From Bacteriovoracaceae bacterium (GTDB taxonomy: Bacteria > Bdellovibrionota > Bacteriovoracia > Bacteriovoracales > Bacteriovoracaceae): 39,891 nt of DNA. Numbering within the stretch: position 1 is the first letter of the stretch; each line of letters starts with the position of its first letter. The stretch is from NCBI GenBank assembly GCA_049599895.1, contig JBMYPC010000009.1:1-39891 (forward strand). The letters run 5' to 3'. The notes beneath the pieces are model-generated. The model was given only the letters and a program-made list of their open reading frames with translations, was not told where the DNA came from and made no database searches. This document shows positions 36,328 to 39,891 of this stretch, piece by piece. The position numbers and the translations under genes are program-made.

Positions 36328-39300
36328 TTATTTAAGACTCTTCCAAGCATTTTCAAACTCGTTTAAATTCGCTTTGAGCTCATTTTTTGTTTTTCTTTGA
36401 ATTGAGACTAATCCATCATCCTTCACTTGACCGATTCTGACTTTGGGAATTCCTTTCATCGCAACCTCAAAAAGTCTGAGTTTATTTGGCGAGACAGAAA
36501 CTACAAACCTTCCAGAAGCTTCATGGAATAAGAAGGCCAAAAGATCATCATAGCTATTGAGCCCAGGGATGTTGCCAAACTCAAGATCCACACCTAAACC
36601 TCCTCCAAAAGAAGACTCTAGGACAGATGTCATAAGTCCTCCATCACTAATGTCATGACAGGATTGAAGAAGGTTTTGTGAGATTGCCCCATGTAGGCCT
36701 TCATAGGTTTTAAGGTTTTCAGAACATCTTACTTTGTTAATCTTTAAATATTTTGGATTGAGGATATCAAATTTCTCTTCGAAAACACTCAGAGTCAATC
36801 CTCCCCATATTTGCCCGACAAGAAAAATGTCGTCACCTTCTGATTTAAAGGCTGTATCAATCGTATGCTCAATTTTTGTCTGAGACATTGCTGTGACTAA
36901 TAACGTTGGAAGAATTGAAATTTTGACGTCATCCCCAGTTAAAGATTTTCCATAAAAATCATTCTTCATACTGTCTTTTCCACTAATAAGGGGCAGACCA
37001 TAGGTTTCAGAAATATCACTCAGTCCATGACAGCACCTTACCAGTTGAGCAAGTTTCATTTTACCGTCTGGGTTTTTGGATGATTCAACAGGGTCAGGCC
37101 AACAAAAATTATCAAGGATAGCTGTTCGCTTTGGATTTCCTCCTGAGGAGACAACATTTCGAAGGGCCTCATCCACAGCCATTTGGGCCATATGGTAGGT
37201 ATCAAACTTTGAATATTGCGGACAAAGACCAACACCAGTAAGAATCACATTATCTTCACCGCCGCCTTTAGGTTTCATCCAAATGCCACCACAATCATTG
37301 GGCCCAATTTGAGTTTTTCCTGCAAAAGGCTTAATCACAGTTGAGGCTTGAACCTCGTGGTCATATTGCCTGACTAAGTTTTCTTTTGAAGCGATATTGG
37401 GATGAGAGAGAACATCTTTTATCATTTCACTCAATTGAACATTATGACGGCTCTTTTTTTCATTTTCAGGATAAACCATCCAATCATTTTGGGGATTAAA
37501 CTCAGCTTTCAGATTAAGCTGAGGATTTTTCTCATGAAGAAAGTCAAGATCAATAAGCGCAACTGGTCTATTTTCAAACCGGACATCGAGGTGGCCACCA
37601 TCTGTGAATTTTCCTATATTCGTTGCACTGACGCTCATTTTTTTTGCAAGAGACTCAAATTGGGCTTGGTATCTTGAATCAACGGCAACGGTTAATCTTT
37701 CCTGACTTTCAGAGATCATAATTTCAAATGGCCTTAGCCCTGGATACTTTAAGGGGCAAAGGGCAAGGTCAATCTGGGCGCCATTAGTAAGAGTGGCCAT
37801 CTCACCGACACTTGAGCTTAATCCTCCAGCGCCATTATCGGTTACACAGGAATAAAGACCTTTATCTCTTGCCACAACCATAAAATCCCAGACTTTTTTC
37901 TGAGTGAGAGGATCGCCAATTTGAACAGCTGTACTAGGTGAGTTTTCATCAAGTTGAAGAGAGCTAAATGTGGCGCCATGAATTCCATCGGCTCCAACAT
38001 CACCTCCAACCATATAAACGAGGTCTCCAGGTTTCACTTCTTTTTTCTCTGAAGGAACCTGCTCATCACGGCAAAGAACTTTTTTAGGAATCATTCCTAT
38101 AGTGCCAACAAAAACTAATGGTTTTCCAGCGTAGGAAGGATGAAAGTGAATCGCTCCATTGACAGTAGGGATTCCACTTTTGTTGCCTCCATCTTCAACA
38201 CCTTTATGTACTCCAGCAAGTATCTGTGAAGGAGGAAGAAGTTTTGATGGTGTAAACTCTGGATGTTTTTTATCGTGATCAAGTTCAGCAAAACAAAAGA
38301 CATCCATATTGGCAATTGGTTCAGCTCCCATTCCACATCCTAAGATATCTCGGTTAACACCTAAAATTCCAGTCAGGGCCCCACCATAAGGATCAAGCGC
38401 CGATGGGGAGTTATGAGTTTCAACTTTAGCACAAAGATAATATTCAGGATCAAAATCAACAAGGCCTGCATTATCACTAAAAACTGATACTAGCCAATCT
38501 CTGTTATGAGTTTCAGCGACAACTGAAGTGGTCTTTTTGATATAGGATCTATAGAGGGAGTCAATTGAAAGGGCCCCCAGTTTTTGTGGAGACTGAGTAC
38601 TATCTTCGGGATATCTTCCACTTTCAGAATAATCAATCTTCGCCGAAAAGATCTTATGCTTACAATGCTCAGACCAAGTTTGTGCGATCACTTCAAGCTC
38701 AACGTCTGTTGGGGCTTGAGGCAGTCCCTTTTCTTTTCGAAATTCTGTCTGAGCATCATCTAAAAAGAAGTTTCGAACAACTTGCATTTCTTCAAGATTA
38801 AGGGCCAAAAGTCTCTCATCACTTAATTTTAAAAGTTCCTCTTCTTTTTCTGGCATATGAACTTCTTCATAATCAGCGCCAGCTTCAAGAATAACCGTTG
38901 GAAATTTTATGTTATGAAAGCGGAGGTTCCAGCTCTGAAGATCTTGATCATTATCAAAGTCATAAACAACGAGTGACTCAATGAGTTCATTAACGACGTA
39001 CTTTTTAACTGAATCTTTAAGCTTTATGGCATCAGCTTCGGTTTTAAAGAAATAAAGCGTCCCACTAGCAACTGTGGCCTTCACCCCTTGGTACTCAAGG
39101 GCCTCTATAGCCGAATGAGCAGGGTTATCTGTCACTCCAGGTTTAAAGCCTATTTCAAAAGCAAATCGAAAGTTCTTATCATGAAAAAGAAAAGCCTGTT
39201 CTTGATTATCTGAATAGGTTGAGATAGCCGGATCACTAAAAGTCGTTATGATCGATTTTTGATTCTCCCTATAAGCTTTTTGGTCGTAATCGTGTTTTAA

Positions 39301-39450
39301 AAGATAGAATTGATGAATTTCAAGATCCTCGACAACCGCAGTTTCTCTTAAATCTAAGTTAAGTCTTTCCAAAAGCTGGGTTGCTCTTTTTGAAGGGAAT
39401 TTATTGTAGACTTCAATACGGGTATAAGAATGATTGTTCTCAGGATTCAT
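36328..39450 (-). CDS. purL: FGAM synthase synthetase subunit with N-terminal PurS-like extension
   Basis: KPGVTDN, QTWSEHCKHKIF, KVETHNSPS, DGIHGATFSS, VQIGDP, DNGAGG, SESQER, QYDHEV, HDISDGG. Start set at ATG 39450; the track gives 39474. Confidence 0.94.
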   Translation of the reverse strand: MNPENNHSYTRIEVYNKFPSKRATQLLERLNLDLRETAVVEDLEIHQFYLLKHDYDQKAYRENQKSIITTFSDPAISTYSDNQEQAFLFHDKNFRFAFEIGFKPGVTDNPAHSAIEALEYQGVKATVASGTLYFFKTEADAIKLKDSVKKYVVNELIESLVVYDFDNDQDLQSWNLRFHNIKFPTVILEAGADYEEVHMPEKEEELLKLSDERLLALNLEEMQVVRNFFLDDAQTEFRKEKGLPQAPTDVELEVIAQTWSEHCKHKIFSAKIDYSESGRYPEDSTQSPQKLGALSIDSLYRSYIKKTTSVVAETHNRDWLVSVFSDNAGLVDFDPEYYLCAKVETHNSPSALDPYGGALTGILGVNRDILGCGMGAEPIANMDVFCFAELDHDKKHPEFTPSKLLPPSQILAGVHKGVEDGGNKSGIPTVNGAIHFHPSYAGKPLVFVGTIGMIPKKVLCRDEQVPSEKKEVKPGDLVYMVGGDVGADGIHGATFSSLQLDENSPSTAVQIGDPLTQKKVWDFMVVARDKGLYSCVTDNGAGGLSSSVGEMATLTNGAQIDLALCPLKYPGLRPFEIMISESQERLTVAVDSRYQAQFESLAKKMSVSATNIGKFTDGGHLDVRFENRPVALIDLDFLHEKNPQLNLKAEFNPQNDWMVYPENEKKSRHNVQLSEMIKDVLSHPNIASKENLVRQYDHEVQASTVIKPFAGKTQIGPNDCGGIWMKPKGGGEDNVILTGVGLCPQYSKFDTYHMAQMAVDEALRNVVSSGGNPKRTAILDNFCWPDPVESSKNPDGKMKLAQLVRCCHGLSDISETYGLPLISGKDSMKNDFYGKSLTGDDVKISILPTLLVTAMSQTKIEHTIDTAFKSEGDDIFLVGQIWGGLTLSVFEEKFDILNPKYLKINKVRCSENLKTYEGLHGAISQNLLQSCHDISDGGLMTSVLESSFGGGLGVDLEFGNIPGLNSYDDLLAFLFHEASGRFVVSVSPNKLRLFEVAMKGIPKVRIGQVKDDGLVSIQRKTKNELKANLNEFENAWKSLK

Positions 39451-39891
39451 GTTTTGGCTCCACAACCTTAACAAAGAAGCGGTCTTTAAACTTCTCTACT
39501 TTAAAATTGTTATTCTGTAAGACTTGTATCGTTTTTTTATAAAGTTCATACTCGACGCTAAGGCCTCGAGAAGTAAAACTCTCAAGATCATCAGAGTCTA
39601 GGCGTTTAAAGGATTCTTGATAAAGGATAGGACCATTATCAATTTTTTCATCCACAAAGTGTGTCGTCACTCCTGCCACCTTAACACCATAATGAAAGGC
39701 ATCTCCATAGCCATTTTTTCCAGGAAATGATGGTAATAGTGATGGGTGAATATTGACCACTTTATAGATCTTATGGTCCTCACTTTGAAAATACTCAAGA
39801 AACTTTTTCGAAAGAATTTTCATAAAACCAGCACACAAAATATAATCAACTTTAAGTTCTAACTCTTCTTCAATTTTTTGTGTTTCAAAAA
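39440..39891 (-). CDS. purN: Phosphoribosylglycinamide formyltransferase (5' end outside window)
   Basis: Frame stays open to the window edge (...LKVDYILCAGFMKILS); NIHPSLLPSFPG and GVTTHFVDEKIDNGPI. Confidence 0.93.
   Translation of the reverse strand, partial: FETQKIEEELELKVDYILCAGFMKILSKKFLEYFQSEDHKIYKVVNIHPSLLPSFPGKNGYGDAFHYGVKVAGVTTHFVDEKIDNGPILYQESFKRLDSDDLESFTSRGLSVEYELYKKTIQVLQNNNFKVEKFKDRFFVKVVEPKHES

Noticed and set aside
413..38801. Numerous 60-132 aa ORFs in the track nested in or antisense to long genes (e.g. 628-975, 11554-11880, 13614-14012, 21066-21452, 34732-35085)
   Set aside because: Fully overlapped by well-supported genes and lacking motifs; expected by chance.

Overview
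AT-rich, gene-dense chromosomal window made up mostly of core genes. I infer a Bdellovibrionota origin (Bacteriovorax/Halobacteriovorax-like) from the RWWE-type membrane PilZ protein, RxPAS motifs, the GYF-domain membrane protein and the divergent holB/kdtA; no database check was possible. Housekeeping content: DAO-family oxidoreductase, LolC/E-like permease, beta-oxidation pair (FadJ-like plus thiolase), kdtA, tmk-holB-ricT(PSP1), rmuC, asnS, PfkB/adenosine kinase, rsmJ-like, gcvP, prfC and a purN(partial)-purL-purQ-purH-purM cluster. I saw no rRNA, tRNA, CRISPR array, transposase or integrase. The best leads are: (i) a shared sigma-28-like promoter plus leader block upstream of two unrelated envelope genes, a tandem-GYF membrane protein and a 1238-aa mosaic lipoprotein; (ii) the lipoprotein's duplicated domains, EF-hand loop and C-terminal Ig-like domains; (iii) a lysine-rich protein with five 11-mer helical repeats plus 18 KKxx repeats; (iv) a single-chain GcvP whose motifs are those of the split GcvPA/GcvPB class; (v) an orphan Flp/TadE-like pilin at the end of the kdtA operon, between two beta-barrel genes. 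Novelty of these is unverified.
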